A stretch of 63,343 nucleotides of DNA, filler included, from Neoconidiobolus thromboides FSU 785 (lineage: Eukaryota > Fungi > Entomophthoromycota), in the NCBI GenBank assembly GCA_025603075.1. It is 11 parts of 11 records of this genome, joined end to end, with 100 filler letters (N's around TTAATTAATTAA, not from the genome) between each part and the next. Parts side by side here need not be neighbours in the genome. Positions count along the whole stretch, not along the records: positions 28,790 to 43,124 come from MU626606.1; positions 43,225 to 45,538 come from MU626860.1; positions 45,639 to 47,449 come from MU626909.1; positions 47,550 to 56,424 come from MU626673.1; 7 more parts are not named here. The stretch is one strand, 5' to 3'. How positions within the stretch are numbered: the stretch's first letter is position 1; the number at the start of each line of letters is the position of its first letter. Below the pieces are notes generated by a model. The model was not told the origin of the DNA. It ran no database searches and saw only the letters and a program-made list of their open reading frames with translations. This document shows positions 35,761 to 47,903 of the stretch, piece after piece. The translations under genes were made by a program, and so were the position numbers.

Positions 35761-37326
35761 GGGGCAACTTAGGTTTTATGTTATGATTATGGAGCTTTAA
35801 ATTATTTGATTAGACAAAATCAAATTAACTATCTGACAAGATCTACTTTGCAACCTGCATGAATCAACTTAATTGCCTATATTGCTGTACAAAAAGCGAT
35901 CGAAGAATTTTTTAAAACCATAGCTCATCATATTGGAATACCAACGTATTCACATATATACTATTCATGATTTTTATTTAAAACAAGTGGAGCTTGTATA
36001 TGCACAATTAGCAATGCTTGAAAATGAGGGGAAAAAAAGCTAAATACATGAAAGATTTAAAGAAGTTTATGGCTGGAAAAAGCCATTGAAACTTCTGAAA
36101 AATATTTAATAAAACAATAGAGTATTTAATTATTTTCAAGGTTGAGACCTTGGAAATTGAGAGGAAGATTGAGATATAAACGGTTTGATTTTCAAATATT
36201 GTTTCATACCTTACAAAAGTGCTATTAATGATACCTAATATTAAAAGTTAAGTTTGAAATTCTATATATATCGATTTTTTTATTTACTTAATTTAGCAGA
36301 ATAAAAGTATCTTTAAACAGCTACTTTACTTTAAAACTTTATTTTATTTAATATTTCAAAAAACTCATCAAATTTTCAAACACAATATATATATACTTCT
36401 GCAATCTTATGAAAACTAAGAACATAGTTATGTTATTTTAACTCAACTATAAATTAGTAACATCAATTAAGCAATTAGTAATTAATAATCATATATAACA
36501 TTACAAAAAAGAAAGGACACAGATTATGACGCTTTATAGATGTGGCATTTTTCTTAAATTATGACTAAATCCCGTAGTTTTTATTCAGCATTATAATAAA
36601 AAAAAAGGAAGTCTAATCTATAACAGAATATACTGTTATTTTGAGGAGTCCTTATACTTAAAAAGGACAGTGAATGTGATGGATAAAGTGCGAAAGCTGT
36701 AGAAGTTAAACATGGACAAATTTTATGGAAAATTATTAGTATATGAGCATGTCAATTTAAAGCAGCGATTCTAGAACTACTCACTTATAGTGATATCCTT
36801 TATTTCAAACAACTTGTTTTAAGACATCTTTAACAATTCTATTTATGAATTCGTAATTGAAGTTTTATTTCGTGTAAATATAATGTTTCCAAGCCTTATT
36901 TTTCAAATTAAATTTGATTTGGTTTTTTAAATTTATCGTATGTAGCCTTTAGCCAATACATTGCTTTGAAAAACATATTGCATGTAAATTACATTTTTAT
37001 AAATTTTGATTAGATAAATGAATGAATAATGTACTACAAATTAAATAATATATGTCTATATTAGGCATTTGGACTTTATAAATCAGTTTTATATAAATAG
37101 CAGCTATATAATAAATAAGCATTATTTTATGATATATCGCATGTTTTAATAATACTTACCTAACGGAAATATAATAAGTGGTGTTACTTTAACATGATAA
37201 GTACAATAAGTGGGGCATTACCAAGTAATGGCAAATGAGTGCCAATTAGAGCTGAAGTGATGAGTAATTTAACATCAAGTCAAATAATCGATTAGTTTAA
37301 AAAAATTAAAAAGATGAGAAATATAT

Positions 37327-37423
37327 GGGGATGTATTTTATTATTTGAGAGTTTTACTAACAATCTTTCCACTTAAACAACGCTTAAAAAATGGAAAAAC
37401 AATGGAATAAAGAAAACATCACC
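37327..37423. mobile_element. MITE copy
   Basis: atat|ggggatgtattttattatttgagagttttactaac ... aaaacatcacc|atat. Confidence 0.82.
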
Positions 37424-37954
37424 ATATCCAACCTTGAAACAAACATGACAAAAGCTCAGGTTAATGTAAAAATTAAAAACTATTTACATAATCTTGCCAC
37501 TATTTAATTTAAAAGTCGAAACTAAAGTTTAGTTTAATTATTCAAAAGCTTAAATTTCAAAAGACTATATCAAAATAGCACTAGTCTGTTGTGAAATATG
37601 TGCTCAATATCAATTTTGTTTATTTTTTATCTATTATATCATTATTCAAAATGAAATACAAAATATAAAGTGTTACTTTCAATTTCATTACTCACTTTAA
37701 TAGAAATGACAACCTTATTAGATTAGATATAGTTTTTAGATACTCTAGTTACTTCTATTGGTATCCTTATGTTCATATATAAACGTTAGAACTTGAAAAG
37801 AATTCGATCTATTGTTTCTCCTTTGCTGTTTCATATTGATTGTTAGCTTAAATCATTAAGTGTGAGTTGTTTATTATAATAAAACTTTAGCTTTGTATCC
37901 AGTATCTAAAGTATCAGAAGAGACTATCTATACAAAGATAAAAAAGTAATATTT

Positions 37955-39092
37955 AAAAAAATTTAATGTTTTGCTTTATTGCTTATATTTTTTTACTACT
38001 ACTACTTTAGGCTGGGACCCTCTTGGGTTGATTCACTTGGATAAGAAATATTATAGAGTTAAAGATGGCTTAGTATGATTTGAAGTTGACATAACATCAA
38101 AATATCAATGTAATTGCCATCCTTTACATCTTTGGTTAAAAATAATAGGAAAGGATAGAAAATTAGAGGGGCGGTACTATCGAAAGAGCTGCTTTCATGA
38201 CTCTGGATTATGTTGTGCAACATACTATCAATATTGCGCCGATAACTTTCGTATAAAGACTATAGATTCAATCTATAAAATAGGAAATTTGGATATCATG
38301 GAGCTAGCTCACTTCTATGAATAAAGATAGAAGAATGTTTATATGCGACTTCCAACTTTAAAAGTTTGAACTATATTTCTGTGGATTTAAGACAGGGTCT
38401 AAGATCTGTTATTGTCCCTGTAGATAATTTCCATCTAGATAACCAAAATTATCATCAAATATTTCAAATTAAAACGGAGAATATAGTCAATAAAATTTTA
38501 AACAATACTAATTTATATAATACGCAGCTTCAAACAATTCAATTCAACAACAAAATGCTAGATACTAGTAAATTTGTCTTTTGGCTAATGATGTGTTACA
38601 AACCGCTGCCATGGAGTATGACTTTATCAAATATTAAGTTAACTCCAAAATTAGAAACTAAGCCTTCTTGCGGGTTTTAAGGGTTTGATTATGATAACAA
38701 TCGTAGTTGTTTTTATAGTCTAAGCAAAGATTGTAATCGAGGAGCTATTTTAGCTAAATATCTTACCAACTTATTTTTGACTAACACCTCCAAAATGATT
38801 TATAGTAACAAAGTTTTAGATTATATGAGAAATCCCATAACTTTTTGCCTTGAAGCTCCTATATTCTGGTCTAGTTTTAACTGCTACCGCTAATGTCATT
38901 TTAGGCCTTATGGGAGATGAACTGCCTTTTAATGAACATAAAGGAAAGGAGTTTAACAAAAGGTTAGTCACCTTTAGTGACTCTCGTAGAAATTTTTTAA
39001 AAGAAAGTCAGAATATTGTAAAAAGCCATATCAAAGATCGTTATGGTGATATGAACTCTACCAAAAAATTGTATGGCTCAACCTTGTCTTAA
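37955..39092 (+). pseudogene. Decayed gene for a lineage-specific secreted protein (paralog B)
   Basis: FALLLIFFTTTTLG|WDPLGLIHLDKK, CNCHPLHLWL, SCFHDSGLCC, YISVDLRQ. Stops and frameshifts present. Colinear with 31185-32335. Confidence 0.6.
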
Positions 39093-39579
39093 ATAACAAA
39101 ATTCAGTCTATTGTGTACTCTTAATAATTTTTATTATGAATTTGAGATTAGAAGCTATAAACTATATTCTTGTTTAACCCTATGCGCTTTTGCTTATCAC
39201 AGATATTTTAAGGATTACTGTAAGCTAACAGAAAAAAATTAATAAACTAACAGGAAGTCAAATAATCTAGGTTTGTATTTATAATAATAGCTTCATCACT
39301 TCTCCTTTTCTATTTATAATAATTTTTCAAGCTTCCTTTATAACATAAATCAGCTTGCAATATAGTTTATATACAATTGTAATGCTTGTGTTTAATACGA
39401 CATAATGCAGACATAAGGATATTATAGAAAGCTAAGATAGTTAAAAATTCTAGGGTTGAAACTATATGAATTAAAAAATAAGAGCATTAAACAAATATAC
39501 AGAAAATCAAAAAATAACAAAATTAAGACACAAAATAAGATAAAGCAATAACTATTATTTATTAAGTAATTAGGACTAC

Positions 39580-39822
39580 TTAATTGTAATAGCAGCAGCA
39601 AGATTGCCAGCCCCAACCACAACATTCACCTTTCTTATATTTACCAGATGGACCTGAGCATTGTTTGCAACGGTCGTTACATAGGTCGCCTCCTCCTGGT
39701 CCTTTGCATGAGCCAGCAGCACCACATGCTTGAATCTCAGTAGCCAATTTACCATCTGGAGTAGCAGCAATAACAGTAGAAAGAGAAGCAATAGCAAATA
39801 ACAAAGCAGATTGAAATTTCAT
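39580..39822 (-). CDS. Secreted 10-Cys defensin-like (CSalphabeta-type) peptide, copy 1
   Basis: 80 aa: hydrophobic signal MKFQSALLFAIASLSTVIA, then Cys pattern C-x5-C-x8-C-x3-C-x2-C-x11-CC-x6-CCC containing CxxxC, GxC and CxC. Confidence 0.85.
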   Translation of the reverse strand: MKFQSALLFAIASLSTVIAATPDGKLATEIQACGAAGSCKGPGGGDLCNDRCKQCSGPSGKYKKGECCGWGWQSCCCYYN

Positions 39823-39950
39823 TTTTGAGATTAATGTTTTTTATAATTCAATGGGCTTGATTTTTTCCTTTATATACTTTACTGTTGCAAAGATCCTCTT
39901 ACTATAATAAATGTAATAAAGACATTATTTAACTAGATATTATATTGGCT

Positions 39951-39997
39951 TATTTCATTAACTATTGACTTATTTCATTAACTATTGACTATTTATT
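39951..39997 (+). repeat. 20-bp tandem repeat (~2.3 copies) upstream of defensin copy 1
   Basis: tatttcattaactattgact tatttcattaactattgact attt. Confidence 0.7.
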
Positions 39998-41525
39998 AAC
40001 AAAGAGCTTTTACCCTTTTTTAGAGATTATTGAAAGGTAGAATTTGCGAAATTTTAACTAATTTACTTCTATTCTTATCCCTAAATTAGCAAATATCAAT
40101 CTCACTTGAATTTGATGATAAAATTTTTTTAAGGCACACGTCACCCAACATTGACATTTAAGTTTGTAATTTAAATTTCCATACTACTGATTCCATTTAT
40201 ATGTGAATTAATATTTCCGATTTCATATTTGTTAACTATAAAAATAGAAAAAGTCATAATGGTTAAATTCCACAGATATAAAATTTCAAATTGCTTAACC
40301 CACATTTGAATTGAATCAGTTAGCAATAAATTCATTTCAAAATACAGCGAATACGAGTATATTTTAATCATTTGGGCCTATCAATAAATTTTTATTATTT
40401 AATATTTTAAAAAAAAACATAGTATTTAGCAAAAAAAACATTAATTTTGAATCTTAAGCTTATATTCGATTTATATTATATTATAAGTTAATAGGAAATA
40501 TTGAATTAAGGCATTTAGTATTAACTTTTATTATCACATACAAGAAACTCATCAAAGTGCGCACATTGATTCTTTATTTAATTATTAGTTTAATACTTTG
40601 TTGTAATTTAGCTACTTATTTTATGATGTGGGGGAACAGGCTAAATAGATCAACATTTAAAACACAGCATACAAATCTGATTAAAAAGTAGGGGATTTTA
40701 ATTTGTACTGGGTCCAATTCAAAACATAGATATAGTGTTCACAAATCAAAATACTTAGCCAAAGCACAGTCATTAACTTTACATGTATTTTTTTTAAAAT
40801 GTAGCTATACTTATTTGTATTTATTAATAAATTCAAAATAAAAATTTCATTATTTTAAAACAAGCTTATTTATTAATCACCTGTAATTTAAGAATTAACT
40901 AATCTAGCACTATGCATCGCATTTTTAATTTTAGGTTGAATTTAGCTTCTTATACCATTTTAGGAATTATGTTTTGACGTTTTATTCTTAAAATTATCTA
41001 TTAAGAAAATTCTGTAGTCACAATTCTAATATATCAAATAAAAGTGAGCTCTATAAAAAGTATAGGAATGGTATACTTTGTAGACTTATAAAGGAATTTT
41101 ATTGAGCTATTCATAGTATTATCCATAGTCAAGTTATGAAATATTGCGCTTATACCTTCTTTTTTCAAAACCTACATAATAAATTAATTATCATTAATGA
41201 TGTTTGTTTTGATCACAAATACAGGTAATATAATGGCAAACAAGTACAATATCTTATATTACCGCCGTTATTTAACATCTTAGGTAATGTCAATCTTTTA
41301 AGAAATTGATTATTTGCTAAATATAACAAATCTCTAAATAAGCTCAAAGACATTACAGTTATTTAAAATAAGTGCACAGCCTAATTATCATAATATCAAA
41401 TGGTAACAATTATAGTGGAAATAATAATAAACATTAAAATATCAGATCATAATCAATAGGATATCGAAAATTCAAGTATAAAAACCCCAACAAAAAGACC
41501 ATTAACTCAAAATAAAAATCCCAAT

Positions 41526-41768
41526 ATGAAATTTCAATCTGCTTTGTTATTTGCTATTGCTTCTCTTTCTACTGTTATTGCTGCTACTCCAGATGGTAAA
41601 TTGGCTACTGAGATTCAAGCATGTGGTGCTGCTGGCTCATGCAAAGGACCAGGAGGAGGCGACCTATGTAACGACCGTTGCAAACAATGCTCAGGTCCAT
41701 CTGGTAAATATAAGAAAGGTGAATGTTGTGGTTGGGGCTGGCAATCTTGCTGCTGCTATTACAATTAA
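41526..41768 (+). CDS. Secreted 10-Cys defensin-like peptide, copy 2 (nucleotide-identical ORF to copy 1)
   Basis: Same 243-nt ORF in the opposite orientation; upstream TATA-like agtataaaaa. Confidence 0.85.
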   Translation: MKFQSALLFAIASLSTVIAATPDGKLATEIQACGAAGSCKGPGGGDLCNDRCKQCSGPSGKYKKGECCGWGWQSCCCYYN

Positions 41769-41917
41769 GTAGTTTAATTGGTTCGATCAATAGCGCTTTA
41801 TTAAAATTCACGGATGATGAGTGTTATTAGTTCAAATACTATATACTATTGCTAAAATAAACAATGGTGAATTTTAAATTACATCAATTTTACTTTGTTT
41901 TTTCAATTTACAATATT

Positions 41918-42015
41918 GGGGATGTGTTTTTGTGTTTAAGAATTTTGCTAACAGTTTTTTCACTCAAATAGCGCTTAAAAAATGGAAAAAGTAGTGAAGT
42001 CAAAAAAACATCCCC
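41918..42015. mobile_element. MITE copy
   Basis: ggggatgtgtttttgtgtttaagaattttgctaac ... aaaaacatcccc|atat. Confidence 0.88.
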
Positions 42016-42424
42016 ATATGAATTAGAATTAGTTTAAAATCCAGTCGAATTTTAGTCAATTTAGATTTTTAGCAAAAATTGTGAATTAAGCACTTTTATA
42101 ATATAATTTTTTTTACTTACTTAATTTTAAAATAACTTATATTTTGACGTTTTGTCTGGTTTCAATAGTTTTTTAAGATTTGATGCTAAATAAGAAATAG
42201 GTAAAAAATAAAATTAAATAAAGTTTTTTGAACCAAGTTTCAAACTTATATTTATATTTATATTTATAAAAGTTATTTTTTAAGTTTAATATTAGGCTAA
42301 TGAATGATATGAATGATATAACTATAGTAAATACCTAAACTTTACTAATTCCAAAACAGACTGTAATTAGCTATAGCATTTATATTAGATTAAATCATTT
42401 TATTATTAATTTTATATATTATAT

Positions 42425-42623
42425 GAGGATGTATTTTTGTGTTTAAGAATTTCACTACAATTTTTCTACTTAAATAGCACTTAAAAGATGGAAAAAGCAA
42501 TGAAGTCAAAAATATATCGTCATATAGTACTATTTTTTTCGGCTTCATTGCTTTTCCCATCTTTTAAGTGCTATTTAAGTAGAAAAATTGTAGTGAAATT
42601 CTTAAACACAAAAATACATCCCC
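42425..42623. mobile_element. Two abutting MITE copies in inverted orientation (42425-42521; ~42530-42623)
   Basis: atat|gaggatgtatttttgtgtttaagaattt... followed by ttttttttcggcttcattgc ... aaaatacatcccc. Confidence 0.82.
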
Positions 42624-42861
42624 ATTGTGAAATTTGGTACTTAGTGTTTGGAGTCAAGAATAGCTATTGCTCGGTTGACTACACTATAAGTCGAAAGGCC
42701 TTAGTTTATGTGACTAAGATAGACTTGAATTACGAAGAATGCCACGTAATAGGTTACAAGCTATATAGGACAAATAGAATAGACAATACTAATGTAAAAT
42801 CTATGTAAAATACTATTAAGAAAACTCAATGACTTTATTAAATGTTCGAGATATCAGGGAT

Positions 42862-43124
42862 TAATTCAGTTAAAAAGCCTCGAACTATTATACTCTGTAA
42901 ACTCTTTTATACTCTGAAAAGTATAAATATCAAAATGAGAAGATAATGTTCTTTGAGATGGAGCTAGAAATTCTCATAGCAAATCAAACTAAGAGCGTGG
43001 GATTTGCTATGAGAATTTCTAGCTCCATCTCAAAGAACATTATCTTCTCATTTTGATATTTATACTTTTCAGAGTATAAAAGAGTTTACAGAGTATAATA
43101 GTTCGAGGCTTTTTAACTGAATTA
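42862..43124. repeat. Perfect 124-bp inverted repeat with 15-nt loop at a contig end (repeat family C)
   Basis: Arms 42862-42985 and 43001-43124, loop aaactaagagcgtgg; ends at a gap. Confidence 0.9.
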
Positions 43125-43224
43125 NNNNNNNNNNNNNNNNNNNNNNNNNNNNNNNNNNNNNNNNNNNNTTAATTAATTAANNNNNNNNNNNNNNNNNNNN
43201 NNNNNNNNNNNNNNNNNNNNNNNN

Positions 43225-43385
43225 ATCACCATTAACTCCAATACTTACAGTCTCAAATAGATCTGGATGATCACCTAATATTTCTGCTGGACCTACTAAA
43301 TCTAACATGGTAAACTGTTTGTAGATGATAAACTCAATTTTATACTTCTCTTGATTTGGTAAAGAAGGATCGATGGTATCTAATA
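43225..43385 (-). CDS. DJ-1/PfpI (ThiJ/InhA-like) protein, N-terminal fragment running into a gap
   Basis: KYKIEFIIYKQFTMLDLVGPAEILGDHPDLFETVSIG. Confidence 0.7.
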
Positions 43386-45020
43386 AAGGGTATTATATGT
43401 TTATAATCATTAAGTGTATTTCATTTTGCTTTTTGACTTTATAGTTGACATCTTTAAATTTTTCTAAAAACAACAAAAAATAATCTTTGGGAAGACTTTA
43501 TATGTACACGTGTATTTTTTGTTTAAGAATCTTGTTAATAACTTGTGTGACTTTTTGGTTGTATTAAAATAAATGAATAGATGTGACCAAAAAACACCAC
43601 CATATGCTCCCTTTTTATCCCAAATTACCACTTTTTTTGATTTCACATCATTATTTCACTTTTTATTAGTAAATTTATTTAGAAAAATACAACTCTTATA
43701 GGTTTATTGCAATCTAATTGATTGTTTACCCAAGAGTAAAATATAACTTAAATTAATTCAAAATCTAAAATTAATATTTAAAAAAACTAATTGAATAAAT
43801 AGCTGTTCTAAAACTTATCACTAGCTGTTACAATAAAGTTCCAGCATATGTATAACTTCATTATTTAGAATATTTTATTCCATGTACATCAGATTTAAAC
43901 TCAATTCTTGTGAAAAGAAGGTAATTATAAAAAACTAATACAATTGTAATAATTTCAATAAACAAAAATATAACGAATACGATTGTGAGTTTCGATAAAA
44001 AAGATACTAGACTACATTCAGTTTATCAAGACAGTTTAATTATAAATTAAAATGCAAATTTTATCTAAGTGAAATCTACATAACCAGAGTATTTATGAGA
44101 ATAGCGATTCATGAAATCAGTTGTTTATTGATTTCACTTTGCAATAGTAGTGTGTATCTCTATAAAGTCCTTAAACTTTAAAATAAGATTATCTACATGA
44201 TTTCTATAAACAAAGTCTGTTTATTGCTCAATAAATACTTGGGAGTGTTTTTTATCAATTGACTAATTTTACTATTTTTTAACTTAGATCAGATTTAAAT
44301 TTAGTTTTGTAATATAAATATCCCATTTAACAACAGCATTAAAAAACTTTATTATAACATTATTGTAAAAAAGCAAAAACGTGTAGAGAGTTATCATTAT
44401 ATAACGATTTACAAATAATTCCTATGTAAAGGTAGCTGTAGGTTATACATAATTTAACTAGGAAGTTTACACTCTAATTAGCGGAAATTTAAAAAATGTC
44501 CCAAATAAAAAGTTCATAAAAATGATTTTATCATAAAGCTACTTATAGATCAATGTAAAGCTTTATATTACCAATAATAAAATATTACTAATTCACTACA
44601 TTGTACAGTCTTTTTTGTTCCAGCATTTAGCTAATAACTATTTTAAATTTTACGCTACATAAGAAATGGATGAAATATTAAATAAGAGACACTACCACAT
44701 CGATAAGTTAAAAAAATACAGAATTAGAATTTAAGTAACTATTAAACAATAGATAGTGTTTATTTAATGATAGAATTCTCACCAAGTCCACAACAGTATT
44801 CGAAAAGTTCCCGAGTAGTATGACTATCACTTTTAATTTTTATTTTGCACTCATACGCTATTTGTATCGAATTCTAAAACAAATTAGTTGATTTACTATG
44901 TTTTTATTCATTTTCTATTAAAACAAAGTTTTTTTCGATATATTTCTATACCAAATTTAAAAAACATTAATTTAATTAAAGGAAAAGGTGTTCAGTAACT
45001 TAACACAGTATCAAACATAT

Positions 45021-45120
45021 GCAGATACCCTTTTTGGTTTCATTTAATTTTCCACTTTTTGAGCATTATTAAGTAGAAAACCCATTAGTAAAAATGTTGA
45101 GCAAAAAGAGGTACGCCTAT
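45021..45120. mobile_element. Degenerate MITE copy
   Basis: tttttggtttcatttaattttccactttttgagcattattaagtagaaaacccattagtaaaa. Confidence 0.55.
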
Positions 45121-45359
45121 ATTTCATCTAGGATCAGAAAATAACTATTTGATGGAAGTTTATAATATTATATTACCAATAAACTATTATCACATTTTAT
45201 TAGTATTTTAGAGATTATGGTCTATAACTACTTTTAATAAAAATAAATTGATAGCTAAATAAATTAGAGCACTCTATTTTAATCAAAATAAAATGCTTTT
45301 AAAAAGTAGTTAACTCACACATAACAATCTGTTCAATACGTTCTTTTTTATTTTTCTTA

Positions 45360-45538
45360 TTATTCATAAACTTTAGCAAAAGGATCTAAATCAGGGTCAA
45401 AGTTAGCTGTATATTCTAACACCTCAGCAAAATGCTCAGCAGCTTTTTTATCCTTAACTAAGGAAAGAATATACAAAGCTGCATCAATCCCCGCTGTAAT
45501 ACCACTGGAAGTAATAAATTTACCATGATGAACCCAAC
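45360..45538 (-). CDS. DJ-1/PfpI protein, C-terminal fragment emerging from a gap
   Basis: WVHHGKFITSSGITAGIDAALYILSLVKDKKAAEHFAEVLEY...DPDLDPFAKVYE*. Confidence 0.85.
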
Positions 45539-45638
45539 NNNNNNNNNNNNNNNNNNNNNNNNNNNNNNNNNNNNNNNNNNNNTTAATTAATTAANNNNNN
45601 NNNNNNNNNNNNNNNNNNNNNNNNNNNNNNNNNNNNNN

Positions 45639-45944
45639 CAACCTGAACCACAACCTCAACCTGAACCACAACCACAACCACAACCACAACCATGCCCACA
45701 ACAAGTCGCTCAGCCCAGTCCAAACATTTACTTAACCCAGAATGTCAACGTTAAAGGCAGTAAAGCTGAAGTCGAACAAAAACAGCCAACCCCAATTTAT
45801 GATCAAGGACAACAACAAGTTCAAGCACCTTGTGCATCATGTGGTAATATGATGCATGGTTACGGCGGATGTCAATCATGCGGTGCAGTTAATGCTATGT
45901 TCCAAGGTATTGCTGGATTTAAAAGAACTCGTGGAGGATTCTAA
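45639..45944 (+). CDS. Pro/Gln-repeat secreted protein, C-terminal fragment
   Basis: QPEPQPQPEPQPQPQPQPCPQQVAQ...APCASCGNMMHGYGGCQSCGAVNAMFQGIAGFKRTRGGF*. Confidence 0.75.
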   Translation, partial: QPEPQPQPEPQPQPQPQPCPQQVAQPSPNIYLTQNVNVKGSKAEVEQKQPTPIYDQGQQQVQAPCASCGNMMHGYGGCQSCGAVNAMFQGIAGFKRTRGGF

Positions 45945-47180
45945 ATGATGATAGGAAGATTAGGTGGTTATTTTACTATATGATATACCTGAATAAATTG
46001 ACTATATTTTAAACGACTTGTCTTTTTTAATTTTTGTAAAATTAGATGTAAAATGCTTTTATTGGTTTTGGCTATTAATGATAAGTGAGAACTATGAGAA
46101 ATAAGACAGGAATGAAATTAGGAATAAAGAAACAACTGTGGCAAGGTTTGTTTGTCTTGAGAGTTTTATAATTAGAGTTGTTAAAAGTATGATAAAAGCA
46201 AAATCTTTTAATGTTAAAAAAAAGTGTAAACAAAGCTTATAAAAATTTTAAAGCTTTGAGTAATATTCAAAGGCTCAAACATCGACTATTTTTAGTACTT
46301 TGTTTGCATGAACAATTAACTGGATGTTTGATTTTTGTCTACTATATGTTATTGAAACATTAGGCCATGTTTATCTTTATTATAGTAACAGTACATTTCT
46401 AGCTATGTATATAACTTTAGTTTTACAAAATAGGTACTTTATGATTTCCCTCTCCTTTTATTCGTATAGATTTATTTTAATACAATAAAACACTTGTCTA
46501 CAAGAGTTCAAAGTTTCAGAATAAAAGCAGCCATCTTGAAATATTCTCAGAAACTTATTTTGATCTTAGTTTTATATTAAAAATATCTTATCAGTATGTA
46601 TATTCATATATCAACTATTTATATAGAGGAACAGAGTACTTTGACTAGAAAAAAGCCCTCTATATAAGATTTATGTCTAAAATGAAAATTATACTTGAGT
46701 TTTTATGTAGTATATGTTTTTGTTATAGTTTATTTTGTTTACGAATAGCTTTAAAGTTTTAAAAAAAAATCAATTGATTCAATTCATTTCAGATCATTAC
46801 GATAATTAGATACTTTATTGGACCACTATTAATATAATTTGTGATGAAATTTCATACAATTAATATTTCAAAATCAACTTAATAATATATATAATAAATA
46901 ATATATATCTTATTAAATTAAAATAGAAAGAAATTAAAAATACTAATTATCAATACTAATTATCGATTTATATAGTAAATTTCACTACAAAAAATTAATA
47001 TAAGTTAATACAAATTTAGTGATAAAATTACTGATAATATAAGTAATCAACACAGAAAATATCAAATAAAACATTTGCTATGATAAACACATACAAGGAA
47101 AAGCTATATAAACCGAACCCCAACAAACAATAAATTACTAAAAAAAAGTATTTTGAATACTAAACAATACCACCTCCAAA

Positions 47181-47449
47181 ATGTTTAACAAACTATTCTT
47201 ATCCTTAACTATTGCTTACCTTGTAAACTCTGCCCGTTTATTTGATATCAATCAACCAAATAACATCAGTTTGTCTGGTAACTTTGGACCTGGTTTTCAA
47301 TCTGGAGCTGCTACTTGCGGAGGTATACCTTGTAACCAAATAGCTCAATCCCAGCCTCAACCTGAGCCCCAAACTTACCCTCAACCCCAACCTCAACCAT
47401 GTCCTCAACCTGAGCCACAACCACAACCACAACCATGTCCTCAACCTGA
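47181..47449 (+). CDS. Pro/Gln-repeat secreted protein, N-terminal fragment running into a gap
   Basis: Signal-like MFNKLFLSLTIAYLVNSA, then CGGIPCNQ and QPQPEPQTYPQPQPQPCPQPEPQ repeats. Confidence 0.8.
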
Positions 47450-47726
47450 NNNNNNNNNNNNNNNNNNNNNNNNNNNNNNNNNNNNNNNNNNNNTTAATTA
47501 ATTAANNNNNNNNNNNNNNNNNNNNNNNNNNNNNNNNNNNNNNNNNNNNTTAGTTTAATCTACTGTTTGTATAATCAAACTCTTATTAAGTAATATAACA
47601 ATTTCTTTAATGTACAACATTTGTAGCTTTTAATGAAATAATTCTTGAATTTTTGTTTAATTTAAGAAGATTAGAATTTGAAAAATTATTAGTTTGATAC
47701 TTTTATTTAATTGAAGATTGATATAT

Positions 47727-47825
47727 GGGGATGTTTTTTCTGATTTCATTACTTTTTCCATCTTTTAAATGCTATTTAAGTAGAAAAATTGTTAACAAAA
47801 TTCTTAAATGAAAAAATACATCCCC
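47727..47825. mobile_element. MITE copy
   Basis: atat|ggggatgttttttctgatttcattac ... aaaatacatcccc|atat. Confidence 0.88.
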
Positions 47826-47903
47826 ATATTATATTTTTGAATAAAATTGTCTAGATCTTTATATTAAATAAATTTAGTCCAAAAGATCATTAGAACTTCA
47901 TAT

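Noticed and set aside
37151-37300. ATACTTACCT resembling the U1 snRNA 5' end
   Set aside because: No U1-70K loop (GATCAC), U1A loop (ATTGCAC) or Sm site follows. It is more simply a minus-strand 5' splice site (AG|GTAAGTAT) or chance.
39576-41811. Overlapping ORFs 39576-39797, 41551-41772, 41605-41811 and 39422-39625
   Set aside because: Alternative-frame or antisense shadows of the defensin-like genes; they rely on non-ATG starts and have no independent signal.
47238-47444. W/L/R-rich minus-strand ORF (also 28909, 28929, 24589, 24626, 61585, 61677)
   Set aside because: Antisense or frame-shifted shadows of repetitive or low-complexity real genes.
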